Assembly (NCBI GenBank): GCA_951406725.2
Contig: OX597817.1
Coordinates: 102,672,001 to 102,736,000 of the forward strand
DNA: 64,000 bases
Origin: Octopus vulgaris
Taxonomy: Eukaryota
Reading direction: 5' to 3'
In this document: one piece after another, positions 38,745 through 50,750 of the stretch
Layout: each line of letters begins with the position of its first letter
Numbering within the stretch: position 1 is the first letter of the stretch
The notes under the pieces: generated by a model
Seen by the model: only the letters and a program-made list of their open reading frames with translations
The model's database searches: none
What the model was told of the DNA's origin: nothing
Program-made: the position numbers and the translations under genes

Positions 38745-41428
38745 GCATATATGGGTACAGGACATAAAAAAAACATGAACAAATGACATATATGTACACG
38801 TAGTGTGTAAGAATTCATTAGTCAGAAAAAACAGGAACTCGTATATTTTTAATAGAGAGCGTATATTACATGTCCATACTTTTCATACTAACCTATCTGA
38901 CGAGCGCCGTTTAAGGTTATCATCTAAATCATGTACGAAACCGAATCGACTGGTAAAATCGGTTGAAAAGGATCAATAATAATGCACACACACAATGCAC
39001 GCATGATACTTCATCAAAGAAAAACAAAGTGGTAAGAAAATTTTACTGTTTATTTACACCCTAATATTAAAACTGAAGATATACAGAAAGATTCAAAACA
39101 TCATGAACACACAGGCTCAAGTTCTATGTAAAACAATTTGCTATGTGCACTCGAATCACCGAAATTAATATTAAAAATAGAATTTGAAATTAGCTGTTAT
39201 AGTAATTATAGGATTAAATACCTCGCAATTTTAGCAATAATATTTACTTTTTTAATTCAAAGCAATTATTAAATTTAAGTATCATATATTTGTAATTTGT
39301 GACGCAATGAAAAAATTAAATTTCTATGTATGTATCGCATATACCACGAAAAATTAAAACAAAACACCAGGGTCAAAACTAGGTGCTTCGCATTATACGA
39401 GAGTTTTGAAATAAAGAAACCGAAGCTACTTTATATATTACTCATTAATACTCATTTTTAGGGGAGGGAGAAGTAAAGGAGGCGTGGATTTTGTATCAGT
39501 GTGGTCAGACTTGTTTGATTAGGATTCAATATGTTGTTTTTTTTTTCACTTAGTGGCCTTTTGGGTGGGGAGAAAAGGAAATTTTGTATATAGTTACCTT
39601 TCAAGTTCTTGTTTTTTAATTCTTTTGTATTCATTAATGTAAGGGGCAAAGAATGGTTGTAAGGATGTGGCCAAATTTTTTTGATTAAAATTCCAGACGT
39701 TGTTTTTGATTTAGCCGTGAATGGTTATGTTTTTGAAAGAGTTAATTTTAAGTATAGTTATGATTTTCACTACAATCTGAAAAAATTGAGTTTACCCTGA
39801 AAAGTTAATACGAATCGAATGAAACAAAGTGTGGGAAATGCAAACATTTGGAAATGTGTGGAGAAGGAAAATTCAAGAATCGACCCAAAGTTCCGAAAGA
39901 CAACGGAACTATATTCCAAAAACAAAAAGTCCTCAGCAAAAATTAAACGGTTGAAATGGAATAACTCGAGGGTATAACAACACCATACCAAGATACTACA
40001 CCCAACTAACATTCCCGGAAAATATGATTGGAAAGAAGTAATGCGAATACTAAAATATTTTCACTTAAGAAAGGTAAGTTTTCATTGACATTTAGATTCA
40101 CAGCCTCCCCTTTTTTAAATCATATTTATGATTTTTTTTTAAAGAAATTCAGATCATATTTATAATTGAGAAACACTTTCCTACACTTTTTCAGATTGTA
40201 TTTAAACTCATAACTATACATACTTAAAAATCACTCTTTCAAAACATAGCCATACACTGCTAAATTAAAAACGTCTGGAATTTTAATCAAAAAAATTTGA
40301 CCACATCCATACAACCATTCTCTCCCCCTTACATTAATGAATACAAAAGAATCTAAAAACAAGACCTTGAAATGTAATTATAATTCTTACTGGAGAAAAT
40401 CAAAAACAAAAACTGGTTATCCAAGTAAAAACGTTGACCACTTGAATCTCTTTACTCCCCCACCCAAAAGATCACTAAATGGAGAAAAAAACATATTGAA
40501 TCCTAATCAAACATGTCTGACCACACTGATACAAAAGCCACGCCTCCTTTACCTCGCCTCCCTCTCAAACATTTTTCTTCTTTCTGTTCCCTTCCTTCGC
40601 ACCCTCCCCTCAAATCAAGAATACAATCTCCAAACACACTCCTACTTTCTTTTCTCTTCTCTATCTTCACCATTTTCACTCTCTCCTCTTTCATCCCTGC
40701 ACCTTCCTTTCTAATTTGTTCCTCTCTCTCTCCCCTACTGCTCTCCTTCCTTTACTCTCTCCCTCCCTCTCTCTCCCCTATTTCTCCCCTCCTTCTCCCC
40801 ACCTCTCTCTCCCTTTCTAAAACATCATCAGTTTCAATTTTATGTAAAAAAAAGGCGAGGCAAACTTACTGTAAACCACTTTTTTGATAAATCCGATAAC
40901 GGAAAAAAGCACTCAAAATGTAAATTAGAATAAATAGAATCATCCAACATTCTGACTGTCTTGTTATTCTTAATATAAAATATCTGTACACCACTTCAAA
41001 AACTCTTAGGCATTGCAAGACTAATAACCTGGTGTAGAATTCAATATGCATATGCTTCACAACGAAGTGAGAGATGATAAAGGAATAAACGATTATCTTT
41101 TTAACTTCACTAGCTTACAGTTATTTCTCCTACAAGATGCAGTGGACTCAGAGCTAACACTTTATAGTTTCATTGGAGTCTTGAACATAAAGTGTAGTTC
41201 ATATTCGAGGCTCCGATGTAGCTATTGGATGTTATTCTTGCACTCAACTAAGAGTCCACAGCATCTTATACCAGAAACAGCTGTAAGCTAATGAAGTTCA
41301 AAATATAACCGTAATTCTAATTCTGAGGTATATATATATATATATATATACCACAAAATTAGAATATACGGTTATATTTTGAATTTCATTAGCTTACAGC
41401 TGTTTCTGGTATAAGGTGCTGTGGACTC

Positions 41429-41536
<108 letters not shown>

Positions 41537-41574
41537 TATATATATCACCGTGACCGACCAGATGTCATAATACG

Positions 41575-41787
41575 TTTCGCATTGTTTTAGCCTTCAAATG
41601 ACGCTAAGCGAGCAGGCCAACAGAAGAAAGAGTGAGAAAAAGTTGTGGCAAAAGAGTACAGCAGGGATCGCCACCACCCCCTCGTGGAGCTTTAAGTGTT
41701 TTCGCTCAATAAACACTCACAACGCCCGGTCTGGGAATCGAAACCGCGAGTCCGCTGCCCTAACCACTGGGCCATTGCGCCTCCACA
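41575..41787 (-). mobile_element. SINE family C
   Basis: Minus strand GGAGGCGCAATGGCCCAGTGGTTAGGGCAGCGGACTCGCGGTTTCGATTCCCAGACC. Confidence 0.8.
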
Positions 41788-42130
41788 TAATATATATATA
41801 TATATATATATATATGGACTACTGGACTACTACTTCCTGTTTTGCCATCCACTTAAGAGACACCCTAAATTAAATTAAACAACACATGGATTTAATCCCA
41901 TTGGATCTCAATAATTCAAGGTAATTTTTTCGTGAACAATCATTAAACTCAAGATACACAAAGACTTTACAATGTGTCGGAGTACCTATTTTTTAATTTT
42001 TGTATATATTTATTATTATTTTTTTACAAAAAGCAATGTAATTTTCTTTTTTCCCCCTCATCACATTTAAAAAAAAATTTTCCTTTACAATTCTTGAAAA
42101 GTCACATTATGACGAAAACCAGTTTGAATT

Positions 42131-42194
<64 letters not shown>

Positions 42195-42338
42195 ATCAAT
42201 TTTTCAAAAACTTTTTCCATACACCCATTTTCATTAAAATTTTCTTTCAATTTAGCTTTCTGCCTTTTTACAATTTTTCCTTGCTTATCATTTCCCCACG
42301 TGCGGTCAACACAACCCCACCATTTATTGATCTATATA

Positions 42339-42396
<58 letters not shown>

Positions 42397-42474
42397 GTAA
42401 ATTTCAATCTAGCTTGCTTGCTTGTAATGTTACTCAGCGAAACTGGCACATAATGGGAAAATACTATGAATTTA

Positions 42475-43162
42475 ATAATAAATCTCTGGGCGAGATATAA
42501 ACAGTAACTGCTCTATAACATAAGAGGGATCAGCCATCTGAATGTGGCTAGGGTCGGGGCGGGGTGGTGGGGGTGTTACTGATGCATTTAGCCCCAGGCG
42601 AACATCGACGTCACCAGAAGAGCTGACACCATCTCGGTGTCCTTGCCAGCCAGCAAAGGGAGATCAGCCTCCCCGAAGATACGGATACTACACACGGACC
42701 GTTCTGGTGACGTCGATGTTCGCCTGGGGCTAAATGCATCAGTAACACCCCCACCACCCCGCCCTGACCCTAGCCACATTCAGATGGCTGATCCCTCTTA
42801 TGTTATAGAGCAGTTACTGTTTATATCTCGCCCAGAGATTTATTATTGTTTTCGAACAGATTTTCTACGCCAGTGACTGTGGTTACTGTGAAAATCTATA
42901 TATATCCAGCCGGTAGAGGAAGTCCCTCAACGAAGAGCGGTGCTTACCATACGTTGACAAGAGGCAATAACCTCGAAACCGGTCCGTGTGTAGTATCCGT
43001 ATCTTCGGGAAGGCTGATCTCCCTTTGCTGGCTGGCAAGGACACCGAGATGGTGTCAGCTCTTCTGGTGACGTCGATGTTCGCCTGGGGCTAAATGCATC
43101 AGTAACACCCCCACCACCCCGCCCTGACCCTAGCCACATTCAGATGGCTGATCCCTCTTATG
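42475..43162 (+). mobile_element. Young non-coding retro-insertion with 5' inversion; retrozyme-like 360-nt unit
   Basis: 14-bp TSD ATACTATGAATTTA (42461-42474 / 43163-43176); identical 101-bp direct repeat 42702-42802 / 43062-43162; 42475-42701 is an inverted near-identical copy. Confidence 0.85.
42948..42990 (+). ncRNA. Minimal type I hammerhead ribozyme, U3-A8 core variant
   Basis: CATACG-TTGACAA-GAGG caataa CCTC-GAAA-CCGG-TC|CGTGTG; predicted cleavage after C42984. Confidence 0.75.
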
Positions 43163-43896
43163 ATACTATGAATTTAGTTTACCCTGAAAAGTTAATACGA
43201 ATCGAATGAAACAAATTTCGCGTAAATCAGTAAAGTAATTTTCAAGATATTAGAGATTTTCAAGGTATAAATACCCAAAACGGTGCATAATGGGAAAATG
43301 TTGCGAAAATAATCTTCATCCTTGAAGGGAAGAAACTCTTATCTTTCTATTAGACAGTGAACTGACAACGAGAAAAAAAATGGTCTTTTTTTTTCTTACA
43401 ATTTCTATTTTCGCTTTTGTTAAACATAATATTTTAATCATTTTTGAGTTAATGTGATTACAAAATTGTAAGCTATTTGTACAGTAAGTATGTATATTTT
43501 AGCTTTCTCTAAATGATAATATTTTAATATTTTTCAAAATTATCTTAAAGTGAATATCATTACAAGAAATTTTTTGGCACATTTAAAAGATGTTCTTAAG
43601 TGAAAATTACTTAAAAAATACGGTAGATATTTCGTAAAAGACCTATTCGTAACCTCAGTGTAAAATAGTTTTTTCGAGTGCATTCAACGTATCTCCCCTC
43701 CAAAGATTTGGCGCTATCTCTAGCACGCCCTGCTACCACGCAATAGCTCTTTGCGATAAAGGACCCAAAATGCTTGTTACGTGGTAACAGGGCGTGCAAG
43801 AAATAGCAGCCAAATCTTTCCAACCCACAAAACAAAACTCTGTTGCTAGGAAACTCAGAGTTTCCCGGTGACCCAACGGGTTACGGGTAGTCTAGT

Positions 43897-44022
<126 letters not shown>

Positions 44023-44234
44023 AAAAAACGGATAAAGGACAAGAAATAAACAACAACGCGAGGACGTGTTATATGTAAAGTATTAATTAGACGCACAGGG
44101 AAAGAAACAAAGGATTTTTACGTTTCGAGCAAAGCTCGAATGTATGTAGGTATGCATGTATGTATGCATACATACATACATACATACATACATACATACA
44201 TACATACATACATACATACATACATACATACATG

Positions 44235-44510
44235 TTAGTTTGAAAAGAAAATCGTATCGCAGACCAATTTGAGGGTACTTGTTGAATACTTACGGTAAAA
44301 TAAGCATTAATTTTTACATTCTAATGTTTTTATTCTTTCTCTGTAGATTAATTTCTACCACAGTGGCTAAATTCTTCGTATCGATTTTATCCGTATAAAA
44401 TGAGTTTATATCAGATTCATATAAGATACTGCATGCTGAGTGAATTTAAAAGGGGGTGGTCTTCGGTAACAAGAGCAGCAAGAAACGTTTGTTTTGTCTA
44501 TGGCAATTCA
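44235..44510 (+). mobile_element. Mariner 5' fragment
   Basis: MSLYQIHIRYCMLSEFKRG..RAARNVCFVYG parallels the N-terminus at 12031. Confidence 0.7.
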
Positions 44511-44559
44511 GTTTTTGTTGCGATTGTTTTCGTTTCATTATTATATGTATGTATGTATG

Positions 44560-44790
44560 TTATGTCAGGTCACTTTCGAGTGCTACTGGTAACATGTAAC
44601 CCAATGCAACGTGTTGCATGGTCGGGCTGTCGGCGACTAAACCGGTAACCACACCAAGCTTGCTTGGTGAGGAGGGTGTTTATTGGAAACCCTGCGGGAT
44701 GAAAAATAAAACCCGTCAAAGGGTGGAGGAACTCGGTGGAGTCAACGGCCATCCAATAAATGTGTAATTTTTATTTATTTATTTATTCAT

Positions 44791-44821
<31 letters not shown>

Positions 44822-45288
44822 TTCTCTTCTTAAGGCTTAAGGATGTATCATGCGCGGGGACATAGAAATAATCGAACTGAATACCCGATCGCGCGGTTAA
44901 ACCATTGGGAGTAAAGGACTCCTAGCTTTTGTTAGGGCATCCTTCTAGGAGAAGGTAACTCAGGTAACTGGGATAACTCCGACATAAAACCTGCGGCTCA
45001 GTGGTTACCGATGATGTTGACGTGTTCTTCTTTTCGGATTATGGCTGTTGTTGCTTAGTGAGTGGGATTGACTCAGTGCACAGCCTTTCCTCATTTAAAA
45101 AGAAATCTTCTTGCACAGGCATTGCACGATAACAACATTGTTCATGATTGTTGATAGTGCTGTGAGTCTCAACTGAATGGCTGGCTGTAGACTTAAAAAG
45201 AAAATAAAAGTCACATTCGATCACAGCACCAGAAACAGTTAAGCTTTGTGCAATGGCCATACTCGATAACGAGGAGGCAGCCATCATG
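44560..45288 (+). mobile_element. Non-coding element with RTE 5'UTR-like segment and (TATG)n tail, copy 1
   Basis: High-identity inverted copy at 46643-47202; GGCATCCTTCTAGGAGAAGGTAACTC resembles RTE 5'UTR motifs; (TATG)n on both flanks. Confidence 0.7.
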
Positions 45289-45354
45289 TATGTATGTATG
45301 TATGTATGTTTATGAATCAATGTTATTTTATTTTTACTATAATATAAGTTTATT

Positions 45355-46614
45355 TATTCTTATTCAAGAATATTACACCAGACTAAAAAAAATATGGCAG
45401 TCTGAACTCTCCTGTTACAAGACAATGCCCCACAATGCATTTGCAGTACGGGTACTGATTCCAGTATTTGGGATACTTAACTTGTCTGTAGAAGAAATCC
45501 ACTTCAAAGACATTAAAACCTGCAAGATTCTAACCTTAACTGGAAACCTCCACGGAAACAGTGATATCGACACACTGTACCTCAGAAGAGATAAAGGAAG
45601 TAGAGGCTTGAGATCAGTGCAGACAGCTTTCGAATGTCTCATAATCTCTCTCAAATAGCACTTGCTAGACAGCAGTAGCAAAAATAAATACATTAACTTA
45701 GTGCGAGCTCCAAGGCGTATTCTCTCTTCCTGATGACCTCCCACACAACCCCAATTCAGTCGGACTAGCATGCCTCAAAGAAGAACTGGATTTCAAACGC
45801 TCAGCATATCAAAAAAAAAAAAAAAAAAAAGCTTATGCATGGGTATGTTTCCCGGACACTTGAAGAAAATAGTAACATTGACATAAAACGAAGCCTCTCT
45901 TTGAATCGTGACCGCTACATCACATCACACTTCAAAGGCTATGCATTTGCAGTCCAAGAACAGGAGATTGCTAATCAACAAAAGAGACTGTGAAGCCCTT
46001 TGAGCTCCAAGATGTAAATGTAGATTATGTCATATTTCTGTGGAAGATATCAAACATGTGATTAACAGCTGCCCAAATAATGCCATCAGGGTACTACTTC
46101 CCAATGCTTCATAACATTGTCAGAAAAACAATACGCAATGCCATTCGGAAAAAAAAAAACGTCCTGGAATAAATATAGAGAACCCCACTGTTATTGAAGA
46201 CGTAAACAAACATTCCCATCAAAACATCTGTGGGATATTGTTGCTTGAGCCGGACAAAGAAAAGTATGTACTGTCATAGAAGTCAACCGTCCTGCTGACG
46301 TGAATATCTCTTTGAAAATCAAAAAGAAACAAATTTACATTTATACCAATAATAATTGGAGCACTTGGCTTTGTAAGTAAATGCTTAACTGTCAGTCTGG
46401 ATAAGCTTGGATTTTCAGGAAAATAAATCACCTAACTGATTCGCACATTACAAATATAATCTGTATACGGAACAGTAAAACTATGCAAGACTTTTCTCAA
46501 ATTTAAAATGTGACATGGTTTTCGTTATCTATGTTCCAAAGGTGGAGATTTGTATCTTTGTTAGAAACGAGCTCCCTCACCAGAAAAAGAATTTAAATTA
46601 TTAAAAACAGAAGA
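45355..46614 (+). mobile_element. R4/Dong-clade non-LTR retrotransposon, 3' half, degenerate
   Basis: EYYTRLKKIWQSELS..HNAFAVRVL..SDIDTLYLRRDKGSRGL; MHGY; AVQEQEI; CRLCH.SVEDIKHVINSCP (CCHC); RLE remnant; 3' end abuts (CATA)n. Confidence 0.85.
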
Positions 46615-46642
46615 GATGCATACATACGTACATACATACATA

Positions 46643-47202
46643 CATGGTGGCTGCCCCCTCGTTATCGAGTATGGCCATTGCACGAAGCTTAATCAATGTT
46701 GTTATCATGCAATGCCTGTGCAAGAAGATTTTTTTAAAGTGAGGAAAGGCCGTGCACTGAGTCAATCCCACTCACTAAGCAACAGCAGCCATAATCCGGA
46801 AAGAAGAACAAGTCAACATCATCGGTAACCACTGAGCCGCAGGTTTTATGTCGGAGTTATCCCAGTTACCTGAGTTACCTTCTCCTAGAAGGATGCCCTA
46901 ACAAAGGCTAGGAGTCCTTCACTCCCAATGGTTTTAACCGCGCGATCGGGTATTCAGTTCGATTATTTCTATGACCCCGCGCATGATACAGCTTTAAGAC
47001 ATTTATTGGATGGCCGTTGACTCTCGAGAGTTCCTCCGCCCTTTGACGGGTTTTGTTTTTCATCCCGCAGGGTGTCCAATAAACACCCTCCTCACCAAGC
47101 AAGCTTGGTGCGGTTGCCGGTTTAGTCGCCGACGACCCGACCATGTCACAGGTTGTACTGGGTTACATGTTACCAGTAGCACTCGAAAGTGACCTGACAT
47201 AA
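46643..47202 (-). mobile_element. Non-coding RTE 5'UTR-like element, copy 2
   Basis: Reverse complement of 44560-45288, lacking two internal segments; (CATA)n on both flanks. Confidence 0.7.
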
Positions 47203-47267
47203 TACATACATACATACATACATACATACATACATACATACATACATACATACATACATACATACAT

Positions 47268-47692
47268 AGGCGCAGGCGTGGCTGTTTGGTAAGGAGGTTG
47301 CTTCCCAACCATGTGATTCCGGGTTTAATCCCACTGTGTGGCACCTTGGACAAGTAACTTCTACTACAGCCTCGGGCTAGCCAAATCTTTGTGAGTGGAT
47401 TTGGTAGACGGAAACTGAAAGAGAGAGAGAGAGAGAGAGAGTGTGTGTGTGTGTGTGTGTGTTTGTGTGTGTATGTGCGTGTGTGCGTGCGTGCGTGTTT
47501 GTGCGCGCGCGTTCCACACTACCACTTGACAACCAGTGTTGGTCTATTTACGTCCACATAAAAGAGACCGATAGAAAAGTACCAGGCTTGAAACAAAACA
47601 GCATTGGGGATGATTCGACTAAAAACGTTTGAAGGCGATGCCCCAGCATGGTCACAATCTAATAACTGAAACAAGTAAAAGATAAAAGATAA
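47268..47692 (+). mobile_element. SINE family B
   Basis: GGCGCAGGCGTGGCTGTTTGGTAAG..GGGTTTAATCCC head, internal GA/GT microsatellite, AAAAGATAAAAGATAA end. Confidence 0.85.
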
Positions 47693-48239
47693 GCATACAT
47701 ACATACATACATACATACATACATACATACATACATACATACATACATACATACATGCAATCATACATACATACACGATGGATTTCTGTGCAGTTTCTGT
47801 TTACTAATTTTCGCTCACAAAGCATTGGACGAACCGACACAATAAAAGATATTTGACAAAGTTGCCATTCCACTTATGTCCCACATGTATGAAGAATAAT
47901 ATCGCTCGGGTACGAAAACAGTCTCTGATTAATAACAGTTTATGAACTAACACAAGGGAAAATACTCTTACAAATGAATTAGATATTTTTCCTTTAGACT
48001 CCTCTTCTTTTTCCAAGTATTTTCGTTGTTATATATTCATTTATGTTTACTTTGTTGAGTAGAATTGTATTCATTTTAAAGAAATATGTTTATTGTTGAT
48101 AATCATTCAAATACTGGATACACAATCATAGAAAAACAATAAAAATTATCGTTTGACTATGTCGTACAGAGTTATGTACCTTGAGAGTGAGAACGATAGA
48201 GAGAGAAGAGGAGGAAAAGAAGAAACCGACGAGAGAGAA

Positions 48240-48285
<46 letters not shown>

Positions 48286-48453
48286 TTGTGTGCGTGCGCG
48301 CGGAGGGGAGAGAGAGAAAGAGAAAGTCTGATTCAGTATTTCGGATCAGCTTTCGTGGCTACTACGTCCATTTTCCAAAAGGTTCGGTTTCTATTTCTAA
48401 CAAATCGAGTGATCCCATAGAGGTTTCTTGTATGTGTAGCAATATTTGTTTAG

Positions 48454-48567
<114 letters not shown>

Positions 48568-49069
48568 CTACCTCACTTTCTCTTTTTGTCTCTCTCTGTT
48601 TCTCCTTCTCTCTCTACCTCTTCCTCTCTTTTCTCTTCTCTCTCTACCTTTTTCTCTCTTTCTCACTCTCTACCATGACATAATGCACTCTATCGTCTAA
48701 ATCAAAAATAAAATTAAAGTATGTATAATTACCTCCATTTTTATTTCAAAAGTAACAATACTTTAATATCTAAAAGGGATAAAGATCCTTCTTGAGTCAT
48801 ATATATTCATAGGGACAGTTTCCTGGTTTCCGTGACGCATATATTTCCCGCCTTAAACGAGTCGCCAATCTGTTACAGGAAATACTCGTTTTCGTCAATT
48901 GAGTAGAGTGGAACAATATGAAATGAAGTGCTTTGTTCAACAACACAACGCATCGCCTGGCCCAGGAATCGAAACCACGGTCTTACGATCATGAGTCCAA
49001 CACCTTCACCACTTAGCATTGCACCCTCCCCCCCCCCACTAGTTTAATATTTAGTAACAATATTTTACG

Positions 49070-49378
49070 TGGAGGCACATGGCCTAGTGGTTAGAGCAGC
49101 GGACTCGCGGTCGAGGGATCACGGGTTCGAATCTCAGACCGGGCGATGTGTGTGTTTAAGAGCGAAACACCTTAGGTCCACGCGGCACCGGCAGAAGGTA
49201 GTTGCGAACTTCTACTGAATCTCTCGCCACAACTTTCTCTCACTCTTTCCTCCTGCATCTTGCAGCTCACCTGCGACGGACCGGCGTCCTGTCCAGGTGG
49301 GGAACCTATAGCCAAGGAAACCGGGAAACCGGCCCTATGAGCGAGGCATGGATCGAGAAGGAACAAACAAACAAACAA
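49070..49378 (+). mobile_element. SINE family C, well preserved
   Basis: A box TGGCCTAGTGG, B box GGTTCGAATCT, (AAAC)n tail. Confidence 0.85.
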
Positions 49379-49395
49379 TATTTTACAGGTATAGA

Positions 49396-49510
49396 CGGGA
49401 CCGTCTTAAGTTGCTAAGGATCCAAAGCTAATTTATGCTGTGGGTGTGTATGCAGAGGTCCCAGTGCTTTACTTAGCGAAGAGGCCTATAATTCTGTTAA
49501 GACGGCCCTG
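49396..49510. mobile_element. hAT-like MITE
   Basis: TIRs CGGGACCGTCTTAA / TTAAGACGGCCCTG; 8-bp TSD GGTATAGA / AGTATAGA with one mismatch. Confidence 0.65.
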
Positions 49511-50534
49511 AGTATAGAAGGATACTTATAAGCATATCTATATACATTTTTCCATTGCAGTTTTGTTATATGATATATATTAATAGATATTTTAAAATCC
49601 TTCAGATTCCTTGTCACTAGTCTTTCCCATCTACAAAATAAACTGTTCATCTAATATCCTGTTCCGATATTCTGTTTCCAAAGTTTCACTTCTTTGCTTT
49701 TCTCACAGATGCCATTTTGGCTTCTATCCATAGTGTAAGGGAAGTCACATTTCAGAAATACAAAAATATTGTTTCTAAGGACATATCTAGCCAAGAATCT
49801 TTTGCCCAACTAACGACTGTAGCAAGGATAGTCCTTATCTTGTTTTGTTTATTTGTTTGTCTGTTTGTTTGCTTGTTTGTATGTTTGTTTTTTTGTTTTT
49901 GCTTTTTATCTGGCAATCACAGTGGTTGTCCGTTTTCGTACTGCCATCGAAATATTCCTGACAGGCTTGCTGCGCATTATATTCGCCACCGGCAGCACTT
50001 TGATCATTCTACATTGAATGATAACCAAGCTTATTTTGTTATCCTTCATTTAATGACAACAAGTATCAGTAGTTTTCTGCTCACTATTTCCTGTCTGCTC
50101 CAAACAGTCCTGAGCAAAACGAAGGTAAGTTTCTATCCACCCAGGTATTTTCATATAGTCGGATATAAAATACATTAGACAACTACTAATGGCATAGCCT
50201 TCATTTTGAAGATTCTATAAGGTGGCAACTTGAAACCATCATACAAAGAGCAAATTTAATAGTGAATCTACTTTTTGCATACCTAGTGATCATCTTACAG
50301 TCAGTCTTACAACCATTCACGGCAACAGTGATGTTCTAAGAGTAATCAAACGCCATTCTTCGACTCTCTCGATATGGTTTACCCCTTTGATTCTATTTTT
50401 TTTTTACTCTGGTGGACTCTCTCATAGCCACTCGATGTCTAAAAAATCCTATAAATTAAATATCATTTGGAATTATACAATTGCTAAAATATTTGTATAC
50501 TGTAACAGTATTACCAATTTATTGCATTTTGATT

Positions 50535-50750
50535 GTGGTTTCAAATTTTGACACAAAGCCAGCGATTTCATGAAAGAGTCTAAGTCAATTGCATCGATCC
50601 CAGTGTCCAACTGATACTTAGTTTATTGACCCCCGAAAGGATGAAAGGCAAAGTAGACCTCGGCGGAATCTGAACTCAGAACGCGAAGATAGACGAAATG
50701 CTGCTAAGCATTTTACTCGGCATGATAACGATTCTGCCTACTCGCCGTCT
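50535..50750 (-). mobile_element. SINE family A
   Basis: Reverse complement of the family A consensus. Confidence 0.85.

Larger units (their letters stand above)
42331..43895 (+). mobile_element. Non-autonomous Helitron-like element hosting the HHR insertion
   Basis: A|TCTATATATA..TTAAAAGT start with (GCTT)n; 3' hairpin GTGACCC-AAC-GGGTTAC (43868-43884) then CTAG|T (43892-43896). Pairing these two ends is an inference. Confidence 0.6.

Noticed and set aside
42542-43139. Three similar MWLGSGRGGGG ORFs suggesting a peptide gene family
   Set aside because: They result from the inverted and direct repeats of the insertion; no evidence of coding function.
44575-44650. HDV-like or twister-like ribozyme at the 5' end of the RTE-like element (GTGC/GCAT, CTGGT/ACCGG, GG, TCG/CGA, CTAA)
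   Set aside because: Only a partial topological fit: P1 is too short, L3 too long, and the second copy breaks the pairing. It would need a consensus and a covariance-model test.
49070-49145. Possible tRNA gene
   Set aside because: It has A and B boxes but no acceptor stem, and it continues into a repeated SINE body and tail.
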